A stretch of DNA of 64,000 nt, from contig CBDASK010000003.1 in NCBI GenBank assembly GCA_965199495.1, positions 3,008,001-3,072,000 on the forward strand. The letters are read 5' to 3'. A program made the position numbers and the translations under genes. Under the pieces are notes generated by a model that worked only from the letters and a program-made list of their open reading frames with translations, did no database searches and was not told where the DNA came from. This stretch comes from Abditibacterium sp. (GTDB lineage: Bacteria; Armatimonadota; Abditibacteriia; Abditibacteriales; Abditibacteriaceae). Below, one piece after another: positions 10,108 to 20,179 of the stretch (position 1 is the stretch's first letter; each line of letters opens with the position of its first letter).

Positions 10108-11043
10108 TCAAAAATGAAATTTCTGCACGCGATTGTTATTTGTATCGGCGACGTAAACCGTGCCATTGGACGCAACGCTCAATCCCCACGGATTTTGCAG
10201 TTGGCCCGGCTTGCGCCCGACGCTGCCCCAAGTCGCAACCCATTTGTGTTCGGGCGTCCACTTTTGCACGCGATGATTGGAGTATTCGACGGTGTAAATA
10301 AAGCCTTGCCCATCAACAGCCACGCCGTAGGGATAGGTGAGTTCGCCATTTGCGCGTCCGCGCGGGCCGAACTGGCCTTTGTAAGCGCCGGTTTTTCGAT
10401 CCAAAATCTGAATGCGATGATTGCCGATGTCGGCAACCAATAAATCGCCATTTTTGTCAATCGCCAAACCGCACGGGCGCCGAAACTGGCGTGGCCCTTC
10501 GCCGTGTCCGCTCCAACTGGCGATCTGCTTTCCGTCGCGCGTATATTTGGAAACGCGGTCGAATTCGCCGCCGTAATCGGCCAGATAAATGTAACCATCT
10601 TTGTCGGTTGTGATGCCGGTGACGAGCAAAAATTGTCCTTTGCCGGTGCCGTAACTGCCGAACTGAGATTTGAGCTGGCCGTCGGGACTGTAAATTAAAA
10701 CGCGCGAGGCGTGCGTGTTGGTGACGGCGATGTCGCCATTCGCCAAGTCGGTGATGCCTTCCGGCCCCTCGAAACGCCCGTTGTTCGATACTGGCGATAA
10801 CCATTGCTTGACGAATTTGCCGTCTTTGCTCCACTTGGAAATATGCGAGGCGCGGTCGGCGACATAGACATAGCCGTCGCGCGCCGCGACGATGGCGCGC
10901 GGCCCACGAAATTCGCCCGCATCGGTTCCTTCGCTGCCCCAGACCTGCGCCTGCGGCACCGGCGTGGCTGCTATTTTCGGCGCGCGCGTGCATCCGGCGA
11001 GAGAGCCGAGCAGAGCGAGGGCGAAAAGCGCGCGGGGAATCAT
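10108..11043 (-). CDS. NHL-repeat beta-propeller lipoprotein
   Basis: Lipobox LAGC; six repeats of G.F..P.G.A.D..G.IYVAD..N.RV. Confidence 0.9.
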   Translation of the reverse strand: MIPRALFALALLGSLAGCTRAPKIAATPVPQAQVWGSEGTDAGEFRGPRAIVAARDGYVYVADRASHISKWSKDGKFVKQWLSPVSNNGRFEGPEGITDLANGDIAVTNTHASRVLIYSPDGQLKSQFGSYGTGKGQFLLVTGITTDKDGYIYLADYGGEFDRVSKYTRDGKQIASWSGHGEGPRQFRRPCGLAIDKNGDLLVADIGNHRIQILDRKTGAYKGQFGPRGRANGELTYPYGVAVDGQGFIYTVEYSNHRVQKWTPEHKWVATWGSVGRKPGQLQNPWGLSVASNGTVYVADTNNNRVQKFHF

Positions 11044-11081
11044 TTGACGTTGTTACTACGGTGGAAGAAATCTGAGCGTTC

Positions 11082-11151
11082 GCGGGGCTAACGCCCTCTT
11101 CCAATCTTGGTGCGAAGAAAACTCCCGATTGGAAGAGGGCGTCAGCCCCGC
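11082..11151. repeat. Palindrome family C variant
   Basis: GCGGGGCTAACGCCCTCTTCCAATC...GATTGGAAGAGGGCGTCAGCCCCGC; related to copies at 57255 and 60200. Confidence 0.75.
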
Positions 11152-11159
11152 CAGCGACA

Positions 11160-11810
11160 TCAGTCGCTCTGCGCTACATCCGCTAATTTCCGGCTGCGCA
11201 ACACGCGATAACCTTTGTCGAGCGCGATGGTGTCGCAGTTGCCCCAGCTTTGTTCCAGACGTTTGGCCCAGCTTTTGGCGCCCTGCGCGGTGCGGATGAC
11301 GATCCACAATTCGCCGCGCAGTTTTAGGGCGCGCTGGGCGTCTTCAAATAAACGGGCGATGGCGGCGTTGCCCGCACGAATCGGCGGGTTGCACAAGATG
11401 TCATCGAAGAACTCGGCGCGCGCGGATTTGAGGCCGTTGCCGCTCCAACTGGCGGCATTGGTCAATTCGTTTCTATCAAAATTGTGGGCGCTTAATTGAG
11501 CCGCACGCGGGTTGAGGTCAACGGCCCAGACGTGGCTTTGGGGAAAGCGCGCCGCCACAAAAGCGGCGATGGCGCCCCAACCGCAACCCAAGTCGACGAC
11601 ATAGCCGTTAAACTCTGGGGGCGCTTGAAGTAGCCAATGATGCAGCAACAAACGAGAGCCTTCATCCAGACCTTCGCGCGAAAAGACGCCGCGTGAAGTC
11701 AAAAATTGTAAAGTCAAGCCGTTTACGGTTTGGGGGTGAGACTGGAAACTTTCGAGCTGTTGAACGTCCAAAAGAGTGGTTTGCGGAGAGAAGTAGTGAG
11801 AGGGCGCCAC
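11160..11810 (-). CDS. Class I SAM methyltransferase, RsmC/MTS-like
   Basis: SHYFS, GVFSREGLDEGS, VDLGCGWG, CNPPIRAG. Confidence 0.88.
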   Translation of the reverse strand: MAPSHYFSPQTTLLDVQQLESFQSHPQTVNGLTLQFLTSRGVFSREGLDEGSRLLLHHWLLQAPPEFNGYVVDLGCGWGAIAAFVAARFPQSHVWAVDLNPRAAQLSAHNFDRNELTNAASWSGNGLKSARAEFFDDILCNPPIRAGNAAIARLFEDAQRALKLRGELWIVIRTAQGAKSWAKRLEQSWGNCDTIALDKGYRVLRSRKLADVAQSD

Positions 11811-11957
11811 GAGAAAATTCAGTGTAGGTCGCTGACACCGAGTTTTGGCAAGGTCGCTCGATTATTCTTCGCATTATAGTGAGCATAAAGAGGCACCACC
11901 CTTGCACAGGGCGCGTCTCGAAAAGCGGAAAGAAAATTACACGAATTCTTAAAAAGG

Positions 11958-12725
11958 ATGGCAATGAGCAAAGATTTAACTGTTTTGCTGCAAGATTGGG
12001 ATTATAATCCCAATGAAGTCACGGCCCGCAGAATACAGGGCATAGATGGGCGCGAAAAAATTCAGATGCGTCTCGATCTGGGCGTATTGCAGATGGAAAT
12101 CACTGGTCGTCCCGATGGAAAAAGACCTTTTGGTTACGAATCTCTGTTGGAATTTCATCAGGAACGCCTCGAAGAAGCGCAAATTGAAGCCGACGATAGC
12201 GGTCGCTGGCTCGAATGGAGCCTCGACTCCGATGCTTGCACCCATCTGAAACAGGAGGCGATGCAATATTATTATCGTTACCTCTCGATGTTTCACCTGA
12301 GCGATTACGAGGGCGTTATCCGCGATACCAACCGCAATATCCGCGTTTTCGACTTGATTCACGAATACGCCGAAGACGAAAACGACCGTATGTCGTTGGA
12401 ACAGTTTCGCCCCTACGTCTTGATGATGCGCGCGCGCGCTTTGGCTTGTATCGCGCTCGAAGAGAAACAATATAATCAGGCGATGGAACTCATCGAAATT
12501 GGCGTCGAAGAAATTAAAGATTTCTTTTACCAAATCGGGCGCGAAGATTTGATGGGCGAATGTCGCGAGCTGCAATTTCTCGAAGAGTGGGCCGAGCGCA
12601 TCGAAACCAACAAACCGCTTTCGACCGCCGACAAACTGCGCCGCGAACTCAGCCACGCCGTCGAGCAGGAAGATTATGAGCGCGCGGCGAAACTGCGCGA
12701 TCAGTTGCGCGGAATCGCGATTTAG
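11958..12725 (+). CDS. Conserved protein with C-terminal UvrB/UvrC motif
   Basis: KIQMRLDLGVLQMEITGRPDGKRP; C-terminal LSHAVEQEDYERAAKLRDQL. Confidence 0.85.
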   Translation: MAMSKDLTVLLQDWDYNPNEVTARRIQGIDGREKIQMRLDLGVLQMEITGRPDGKRPFGYESLLEFHQERLEEAQIEADDSGRWLEWSLDSDACTHLKQEAMQYYYRYLSMFHLSDYEGVIRDTNRNIRVFDLIHEYAEDENDRMSLEQFRPYVLMMRARALACIALEEKQYNQAMELIEIGVEEIKDFFYQIGREDLMGECRELQFLEEWAERIETNKPLSTADKLRRELSHAVEQEDYERAAKLRDQLRGIAI

Positions 12726-12740
12726 AATTGGAGATTATAG

Positions 12741-12773
12741 AAAAAGCCCGTCGCGAAAGCGGCGGGCTTTTTT
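12741..12773. terminator. Bidirectional intrinsic terminator
   Basis: AAAAAGCCCGTCGC-GAAA-GCGGCGGGCTTTTTT between convergent genes. Confidence 0.85.
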
Positions 12774-12800
12774 GTGTTTTGGATTGAGGTAACAATTACC

Positions 12801-13775
12801 TCAATCCAAAACACCGCGATACCATTCCACCGTCTCATTCAACCCGCGCTCCAACTCGAACTCGGCGCGCCAGCCCAATTCTTCGCGCGCTTTGGTCGCG
12901 TCCAAACTTTGATTGACAATTTCGTCCTGCGCCTGATTTAACACAACCGGCGCTAAATCGGCCCGACCGCACGCGGCCAAGATTTGTTCGACCAAAGTCA
13001 ACACCGAGACTGGCGCATTCGAGCCGAAATTGAACGCCGCGCCACGCAGTTCGTGCCGGTGGCTCAATGACTGCGCCAGAGTCAAATAGGCGCTCACGCC
13101 ATCGGCGGCATAAATATAATCGCGTTGATGTTTTCCATCGCTACGAATAATTGGCGCCTCGCCCTGCAACGCCGAGCGAATGGTGCCGGGCACGATGCGA
13201 TTCCAGTTCAAATCGCCCGGCCCGTAAAAGTTGCCACAACGCGTGATGGCGACCGGTAAATCGTAGGTTTGCGCGTAAGTCTGCGCGATCAAATCGGCGC
13301 AACTTTTCGAGACCGCATACGGCTGACGACCTTCGAGGCGCGTGCTTTCGGTGTAAGGCAAAACCTCGCTTTCGCCATAGGCCTTATCGGACGAAGCCAA
13401 AATGATGTCGGGCGATTTAGACAATTGGCGCGCGGCTTCCAATAATCGGTAAGTTCCAGCGATATTGACTTCTAATGTTGTCAGTGGGTCGGCATGAGCC
13501 ACGCCGACCAGAGTCTGCGCGGCCAGATGAAAAACCGTCTGGATTTCATATTCGGCGAGCGTGCGCTTGAGCAAATCGAAATTGGTGCAATCGCCATGAA
13601 CAACGCTCACGCGCTCGGACAAACCCTCGCGTGCGAACAGCGAATGCGGCACCCAATCGCGCGTCAAAGCCACGACATCGGCGCCCAGATCGAGCAATTT
13701 TGCGGTCAAATGCCCGCCGATTAAGCCGGTCGCGCCGGTGATAAATACGCGCCTATCGCGCCAGAAATTTGACAT
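12801..13775 (-). CDS. NAD-dependent sugar epimerase/dehydratase (CDP-glucose 4,6-dehydratase-like SDR)
   Basis: FWRDRRVFITGATGLIG, SSDKAYG, PYAVSK. Confidence 0.9.
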   Translation of the reverse strand: MSNFWRDRRVFITGATGLIGGHLTAKLLDLGADVVALTRDWVPHSLFAREGLSERVSVVHGDCTNFDLLKRTLAEYEIQTVFHLAAQTLVGVAHADPLTTLEVNIAGTYRLLEAARQLSKSPDIILASSDKAYGESEVLPYTESTRLEGRQPYAVSKSCADLIAQTYAQTYDLPVAITRCGNFYGPGDLNWNRIVPGTIRSALQGEAPIIRSDGKHQRDYIYAADGVSAYLTLAQSLSHRHELRGAAFNFGSNAPVSVLTLVEQILAACGRADLAPVVLNQAQDEIVNQSLDATKAREELGWRAEFELERGLNETVEWYRGVLD

Positions 13776-13809
13776 AGATTGATTTTACCGTAAGCGATTT
13801 TTGAAAAAT

Positions 13810-14514
13810 TTAAGGCATCCGAAAACGCAGCGTTTGGCTTAATGCCAGCGCAGCGATTTTCCAGATTTTACTGCTCGCCAGTGAACCGGTGCCGGTTTTG
13901 CGGTTTTCGTGGATAACAGGCAAGTTCAACACGCGGCGACGACGTTTGCCTAAAACGCCCGAAATTAGAATGTTGGGCGCGAAGGTATCATCGGGAATCG
14001 CGGCGACAATTGGTTTGAGCGTGCGGGCGCGTAGCAAACGATAGGGCACATTGACATCGCGCACGCCGCGACTATACAAAAATTTGATCGTCGCGCGCGA
14101 ACCGGCGCTGAGAAATTTGCGGGCGCTGTCCTGTTCGCGCGCCACGCGCACGCCGAAAATCGCGTCGTATTTTTCGCGTCGCTTCCAGAAATTGGGAAAA
14201 GCGTCCGGCTTCATTTCGTCGTCGGAATCAATTTGAAACACCCACTGGGCGCGCGTGGCTGCATCGCGGTAGCCCTGCAAAATGGTGGGACCGTGACCGG
14301 AATTGGCTTTGTTGACGACGGTCACGCGCGGATCGTTTTCGTAGGCCGACAGAACTTGCGCGGTGTCGTCCTTCGAGCCGTCGTTGAGCGCCAAAATCTC
14401 GAAATCAATGTCCAACGCGGATAACGCCACGCTCCAATCGTTGATGACGGCGCCGATACATTCGGCTTCGTTGTAGACCGGCATGACGACGATCAGTTCG
14501 CGGGGATTATTCAT
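13810..14514 (-). CDS. Glycosyltransferase family 2
   Basis: VVMPVYNE, NDGSKD, QIDSD. Confidence 0.9.
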   Translation of the reverse strand: MNNPRELIVVMPVYNEAECIGAVINDWSVALSALDIDFEILALNDGSKDDTAQVLSAYENDPRVTVVNKANSGHGPTILQGYRDAATRAQWVFQIDSDDEMKPDAFPNFWKRREKYDAIFGVRVAREQDSARKFLSAGSRATIKFLYSRGVRDVNVPYRLLRARTLKPIVAAIPDDTFAPNILISGVLGKRRRRVLNLPVIHENRKTGTGSLASSKIWKIAALALSQTLRFRMP

Positions 14515-14679
14515 AGGCAGAGACGTTGGAGATGCAACCAATTGGCGAAATATCGGACGTGGGCGCGCTAAATTGATAAAATTTCAACGGGAATCCTAAA
14601 TTATAAACCGTTTCTCAATTAACAGCGAATTTATTTGCTGAACATTCCCCATTCGCCGTTTTCATCGCAGAATTCATCC

Positions 14680-17526
14680 ATGTCCCATTCCGACTTTCCG
14701 CCTGACGAGTTCGATATTGCCTTCGAGGTGCCGCCGCGCCGCGACGCGCGGCCCTCATCGAACTCGCAACCCAATCGTCGCAAAAGCGCGCCGCCGCGCG
14801 CCAAAGCGGGCGCTCGGTCGGGGCGTGGCTCGTCGGCGCTCGACACATTGGACGACGATTTCGATTTCGTGCCCGCCCCACCGCGCCGCAAAACCAACGC
14901 GAAAACCAATTCCAATGCGCGCCCGAAAACCACCAAAGCGCCCGCTTCGTCGCGCAAACTGCGCGCGGTTCACTACGAAATCGCGGGCGTTTTGTTGGTG
15001 GCGTTCGGCGGCTTGTTGGGCTACTACTCGTTGCACCGCCCGATTGATGGCGCCCTGCCGCGCGCGATTCTGGGCGGTTTGCAATTGGCGCTGGGCATCG
15101 GCGCCGTCATCGTGCCGTTTTTGCTGGCGTATTTGGGAGTTTTACTTTTGGTCAAACGTGGACACGCTAATTTGCGTTCGTTCTGGCGCGGCGCGGGCGT
15201 GGCACTTTTGGTTGTGATTACCGCCAAAGCGTTGACGTTGCCGCGCGGCGAAGAGTTTCTCGGTCTCGACGTGATTCGAGCGCACGGCGGCTACATCGGC
15301 AACGGCACCGCCTGGGCGTTGCGGCGCGCGCTGGGCGACTTGGGCGCGATTGTGACGCTCGTCGCGTTTGGCGTCGTGGCGATGATGTTATGGACGGAAC
15401 ACACCGTCGCCGAAATGGGCGAAGAAGTGCGCGGGAAAATGAGCGATTGGTGGCGCGCCGCGCGCGATAAATGGAAGGGCGAGGCGAATGATTGGAAACA
15501 ACAACGCGCTGGAAAAGCGCGCGAAAAAGCCGCGCGTCAGCAGGACAGAGACGTTTTTGACGAGGAAGAATACGATGAAGACGAGGAACTCGGCGCCGTC
15601 GAACTGGAGCCACGGCGCGCTTTGCCCTCTCGCGTTGTGCGCGAGGCGCGCGAAAGCGCGCCGCAAAACGCGTTGCCGATGCGCGAGCCGAAGCGTCAAT
15701 CGCCGTTTTTGCCGATTGAAGATTTGCTCGAAATCGCGCCGATTGATGGCCGCTTGATGCCCGTTAAAGCGACGCCCGAATCGCAGGCGCCGCCCTCGCG
15801 CCCGACGTTTGCGGTTGATCCAGATTCTTTGATTGACGCGCCCAAATTTGAGCGTCCGCGCGTCGAATATCTCGATAGCGCGCCGCCAGTTTCGGTCGTG
15901 GATAATCCGCAAATTGACCTGCGCGCCGTCGTCGCGGGCGAAAACGCCGACCGCGATTTGACGCCGAGTGAAGCTTTGGAAGCCCAAGCGCTTTTATCAG
16001 CCACGGCGGGCGAGAACATCGAAGCGCTCAAACCCGCACGCATCGAAAAGCCGCGCCGTCGCTTTGGCGACGGGCCGCTGATGCCCGAATATTTCGATGA
16101 CGGCGTGCGCGCGCTCGATCCGCCAGTTCCGCCCGATAACGAAGGCGCCGAAGAAGAAATCGCGGCGGGCGTCGAAGGCGTGCAGGAAACGTTGGCCTCG
16201 TTCAAAATTGATGCGCGCGTCACCGATGTGAAGCGCGGCCCGGTCATCACGCGCTACGAAGTGCAACCCGGTTCGGGCGTGCGCGTGAATGCCATCGCCA
16301 ATTTGGACAAAGATTTGGCGCGCGCTTTGAGCGCGCTCGCGGTGCGAATCGAAGCGCCGGTGCCCGGCAAAAACGTCGTCGGCATCGAAATTCCCAACAA
16401 GAAAGTTCATTTGGTGCGCATGCGCGACGTGTTGGAACAGCCCGAATTTCTGGCGCATCCGTCGAAGTTAGCGTTCGTTTTGGGCAAGGACATCGCGGGC
16501 CAACCGAAATGGGGCGACCTCACCAAGATGCCGCACATGCTGATCGCGGGCGCGACGAATTCGGGCAAGTCGGTCTGTCTTAACTCGATTATCGCCTCGA
16601 TTTTGGTGCGCGCGCGGCCCGATGAAGTGCGTCTCTCGCTGATTGACCCCAAACGCGTCGAACTGACGCTTTATAATGGCATTCGCCACCTGATGCACGA
16701 TGTCGTCGTCGAGCCGAAACAAGCCGTTATCGCCTTGCGGCGCTCTATCGAAGAGATGGACAGGCGCTACAAACTGTTCGCCGCGCGCGGCGTGCGCAAC
16801 ATCGTTTCGTATAACGCGAAATTGAAAGAGGGCGAGAAACCGTTGCCTTATATCGTCATCGTCATTGACGAATTGGCCGACCTGATGATGACCGCCGCCG
16901 CCGAATTCGAGAAGCTGATTTGTCGTCTGGCGCAATTGGCGCGCGCGACCGGCATTCACTTGATCGTGGCGACGCAACGACCGAGCGTCAACGTGATTAC
17001 CGGCGTGATTAAAGCCAACATTCCCGCGCGCATCGCGTTCGCCGTGGCTTCGCAGGTGGACTCGCGCACGATTTTGGATTCGGTCGGCGCCGAACGGTTA
17101 ATCGGGTCGGGCGATATGCTTTACGATTCCAACAACGGCGGCAAATCCGTTCGTATTCAGGGCGCGTATTTGAGCGAAGAAGAAGTCAATCGCGTGGTCG
17201 AAGTCGTAAAAGCGGCTTACCAATACGACGATGACGACGAGTTCGATGATTTGCCCGAATTCGATTTGTTCGTGTCCGACGATGACGATGGCGAGAACGA
17301 TTATCAAGAGATGGGCGACGAGAAGAAAGACGCGCTTTACGATGAAATCGTCGAGTTCGTCAAGCGCCATCAGGAGATGAGCGCCAGCAACATTCAGCGC
17401 AAATTCGGCATCGGTTATCCGCGTGCCGGGCGCATCGTTGACCAGTTGGAACGCCACGGCATCGTCGGCCCGGCGGACGGGCCAAAAGCCCGCAAAGTGT
17501 TGGCGCAACGCGATGAAGACGAATAA
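14680..17526 (+). CDS. ftsK: DNA translocase FtsK/SpoIIIE
   Basis: N-terminal TMs, long linker, PHMLIAGATNSGKS, IDELADLM, ATQRPS, gamma domain SNIQRKFGIGYPRAGRI. Confidence 0.96.
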   Translation: MSHSDFPPDEFDIAFEVPPRRDARPSSNSQPNRRKSAPPRAKAGARSGRGSSALDTLDDDFDFVPAPPRRKTNAKTNSNARPKTTKAPASSRKLRAVHYEIAGVLLVAFGGLLGYYSLHRPIDGALPRAILGGLQLALGIGAVIVPFLLAYLGVLLLVKRGHANLRSFWRGAGVALLVVITAKALTLPRGEEFLGLDVIRAHGGYIGNGTAWALRRALGDLGAIVTLVAFGVVAMMLWTEHTVAEMGEEVRGKMSDWWRAARDKWKGEANDWKQQRAGKAREKAARQQDRDVFDEEEYDEDEELGAVELEPRRALPSRVVREARESAPQNALPMREPKRQSPFLPIEDLLEIAPIDGRLMPVKATPESQAPPSRPTFAVDPDSLIDAPKFERPRVEYLDSAPPVSVVDNPQIDLRAVVAGENADRDLTPSEALEAQALLSATAGENIEALKPARIEKPRRRFGDGPLMPEYFDDGVRALDPPVPPDNEGAEEEIAAGVEGVQETLASFKIDARVTDVKRGPVITRYEVQPGSGVRVNAIANLDKDLARALSALAVRIEAPVPGKNVVGIEIPNKKVHLVRMRDVLEQPEFLAHPSKLAFVLGKDIAGQPKWGDLTKMPHMLIAGATNSGKSVCLNSIIASILVRARPDEVRLSLIDPKRVELTLYNGIRHLMHDVVVEPKQAVIALRRSIEEMDRRYKLFAARGVRNIVSYNAKLKEGEKPLPYIVIVIDELADLMMTAAAEFEKLICRLAQLARATGIHLIVATQRPSVNVITGVIKANIPARIAFAVASQVDSRTILDSVGAERLIGSGDMLYDSNNGGKSVRIQGAYLSEEEVNRVVEVVKAAYQYDDDDEFDDLPEFDLFVSDDDDGENDYQEMGDEKKDALYDEIVEFVKRHQEMSASNIQRKFGIGYPRAGRIVDQLERHGIVGPADGPKARKVLAQRDEDE

Positions 17527-17533
17527 TCGCGCG

Positions 17534-18130
17534 CTACTTTTGTTTCAATAGTTTAGCGACGACCTGTTCCAATTCCCGCGCGTTTTCGTCCGAATAACCA
17601 GTTTGCTGCAAACGCACGACGCCTTTCTTATCCAAAACCAAAATCGTTGGATAGAACATCAGCTCGTTCTTGTCGAAAAACGCGTGGTTTTTGTCGAAGG
17701 CGATGGGATAAGCCAAACCCCAGTTTTTGATTTGGAGTTTGACTTTGTGCCAATCGTTTTCGGCGTTCGCCGCATTTTTGGTATCGCCGGGCGATTGAAA
17801 ACCGACCATTTTTAAGCCGCTTCGACGATATTTGCGATAGAGCGCGCGCCGCGAAGGCGCCTCGTCCTGGCAATGCGAACAGTTAATGCGGAAAAATTCG
17901 ATGACGGTGACTTGGCCTTGCAAGCCGCCGAGCCAAATCGGTTCGCGCGTGTTCATCCAATATTTTTGCGGAATCACCCAGCCGCCGAATTTCTGGCCTT
18001 CCAAATCCTGTTTATGATCGTTCTCGACAATAATGGTTTCGCTTTTTACTTTGGGCTGCTGAGCCAAATTTTGAGGCGCGATGAGAGAACCTGAAAGTAG
18101 AGCGAGGGCGATGAAAGAAAAAAGCTTCAT
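17534..18130 (-). CDS. Exported TlpA/redoxin-family thioredoxin-like protein
   Basis: Signal peptide; EFFRINCSHC; YPIAFD; YPT.LVLDKKG. Confidence 0.85.
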   Translation of the reverse strand: MKLFSFIALALLSGSLIAPQNLAQQPKVKSETIIVENDHKQDLEGQKFGGWVIPQKYWMNTREPIWLGGLQGQVTVIEFFRINCSHCQDEAPSRRALYRKYRRSGLKMVGFQSPGDTKNAANAENDWHKVKLQIKNWGLAYPIAFDKNHAFFDKNELMFYPTILVLDKKGVVRLQQTGYSDENARELEQVVAKLLKQK

Positions 18131-18183
18131 AGATTTTTCCGTGAGGTTAGCAAATTATCTCACACTTACGCTCTTCCGACACT

Positions 18184-19302
18184 ATGCGCTCAGTTCACTT
18201 TCTCAGCCAAAATCGGCCCGGCCCACAGATGGGCATGGGCCATTACGAACGGATGCTCATCGCCGCGTTGGGCCGCGAAGCCAATGCCGAAATTTGGCAA
18301 TTCGACATCACGTTCGAGGGCCGCAAACCCGCGCAACCGCTCGACGTGGCTGCATTCGACGCGATGTTAAATCATGCCGACTTTCTCGGTTATTCGACGG
18401 CACGATTGTCGAAATTGCCGTTGAGCGCAGTCCAAACTTTGTTGAATTTGCGCTTCAAAAACAAGCCCGCCGTCACTCATTCGCTGGCTTTATCGTTTCC
18501 TTTGCCGACGAATGCGCCGGGCGTTTTCACGATTCACGATTTGCCGCCCGCGCGCTTTCCCGACGAAGGCCAGCTCGCGCCGTGGGCCAAACGCGCCGCG
18601 CAAAGTGCGCGCTTTGTGATGACGCCTTCGCAGTTCGCCAAACGAGAGTTGGTCGAACTTTTGAATTTGCCCAACGAACGCGTCGTCGTGATTCCCTACG
18701 GCTGCGAACACGAACGTTATCATCCGGGTGTGGCGCCCGCCGATAAAAACCAGTTGAAAAGTTGGGGCATCGAGGGCGAATTTTTGCTTTACGCGGGCGG
18801 TTTCACGCGGCGCAAAAACGTGGCGGCGTTGCTCGAAGCGTGGAAACAAATCGCGGCGGATACTCCCGAATTAACGTTAGTTTTGGCCGGGCCGCAAGCC
18901 AAACTCTCCGCGCTGGCCGATGCAGCCACGGCGCCGCGCGTGTGTCCGATGGGTTACGTCGCGCACACGCAAATGCCCGCTTTGATGAAGGCGGCGCGCG
19001 CCTTAGTTTTCCCGTCGATTTACGAAGGCTTCGGATTGCCGCCGCTCGAAGCGATGGCGCTGGGCGTGCCGGTGATAATCAGCGCGCAAGGCGGCGCGAC
19101 GCCCGAAATCGTCGGCGACGCGGGCGTTATCGCGCGCGACGGTTCGGCTGATGCGCTCGCTGACGCAATGCGCGAATTGTTGGACGACGAAGTGTTGCAA
19201 TCGCGGCTGAAATTAGCGGGGCCAGCGCGCGCAAAAACGTTCGATTGGTCGGATCACGCGCGTGCGGTGTTGGACGTTTATCGGCGGGCGATGGAAAAGT
19301 AA
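18184..19302 (+). CDS. Glycosyltransferase family 4
   Basis: TIHDL, RKNV, FPSIYEGFGLPPLEAMALG. Confidence 0.93.
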   Translation: MRSVHFLSQNRPGPQMGMGHYERMLIAALGREANAEIWQFDITFEGRKPAQPLDVAAFDAMLNHADFLGYSTARLSKLPLSAVQTLLNLRFKNKPAVTHSLALSFPLPTNAPGVFTIHDLPPARFPDEGQLAPWAKRAAQSARFVMTPSQFAKRELVELLNLPNERVVVIPYGCEHERYHPGVAPADKNQLKSWGIEGEFLLYAGGFTRRKNVAALLEAWKQIAADTPELTLVLAGPQAKLSALADAATAPRVCPMGYVAHTQMPALMKAARALVFPSIYEGFGLPPLEAMALGVPVIISAQGGATPEIVGDAGVIARDGSADALADAMRELLDDEVLQSRLKLAGPARAKTFDWSDHARAVLDVYRRAMEK

Positions 19303-19321
19303 AACTCGCTGTAGAAAATAG

Positions 19322-19356
19322 AAAAAGGGCCGCCGATTCAATCGGCGGCCCTTTTT
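19322..19356. terminator. Bidirectional intrinsic terminator
   Basis: AAAAAGGGCCGCCGATT-C-AATCGGCGGCCCTTTTT. Confidence 0.85.
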
Positions 19357-19360
19357 CCGT

Positions 19361-20089
19361 CTATCTTTCTGCGCCCCATGTTTCTTTGACGAAACCGGCT
19401 AAATCGCCGGTATCGGGTTTTTCGCCTTTGACTTCGTGCGCGGGCAATGCGGCCATTAACGGTTCGAGGGCTTGCGACGAAACCGACAGCACGCCAGTGC
19501 GCGCCAGAGATTCGCCGCTTTTGTAGTTGCCGCCGCCAAAGCCGGTGCCGCCAACACGACGGCTACGCACCTGCCAGAAAATTAAATCGTCCTTGCCGAC
19601 ATCAGCCACGGCGAGGCGCATCGAAGCCCACATCAATTTGGTCGTCTTGATGAACGTCTCTTTTTTATAGGGGCGCAACTCTTTGACCTCGCCATAAACG
19701 ACCCAATCGGCGCCCAGCGCCTTTCCGATGCGAAGCGCGTCGGACTTGCGGAGCGGCAAGCCCGGCTCGACATCAGCGTCTTTTTTGAGCGCCTCAATGC
19801 TGTCTTTGAGTGGAATCATCTGGAAACCTTCGTGCTGAAAAAGCAGCCAGTTGGCGCCGGTTCCAATGCGGACGTGGCTGGCATCGGACGCCGTGTCGGC
19901 AAACGGCAAGACGGCGACTTTAGTTTGAGCAGGCGCGGGCAGAGGTTTGAGCGCCGCGACTTCGGCGGCGGTCGTGCCGTCGGTGCTTTCGATCATTTTG
20001 TCTTTGGCAAAACCGGTTTGGGAAAGCGCGAGCGTGCACAACAAAAGTCCGCCGAAAAGCGGCGCATGGGAACGAGAAGAAAATTTCAT
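19361..20089 (-). CDS. Exported hypothetical protein (TolB-N/CsgG-like alpha/beta pattern)
   Basis: Signal peptide; KVAVLPF ... IGKALGADWVVYGEV. Confidence 0.65.
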   Translation of the reverse strand: MKFSSRSHAPLFGGLLLCTLALSQTGFAKDKMIESTDGTTAAEVAALKPLPAPAQTKVAVLPFADTASDASHVRIGTGANWLLFQHEGFQMIPLKDSIEALKKDADVEPGLPLRKSDALRIGKALGADWVVYGEVKELRPYKKETFIKTTKLMWASMRLAVADVGKDDLIFWQVRSRRVGGTGFGGGNYKSGESLARTGVLSVSSQALEPLMAALPAHEVKGEKPDTGDLAGFVKETWGAER

Positions 20090-20179
20090 CGCGCACAATT
20101 TAACAGATTGCACGGAATACAACAACGAAAAAGTTTTCTTCGCCCGGAATACTCAAACTTCGCCGTAAACTAAAGATTA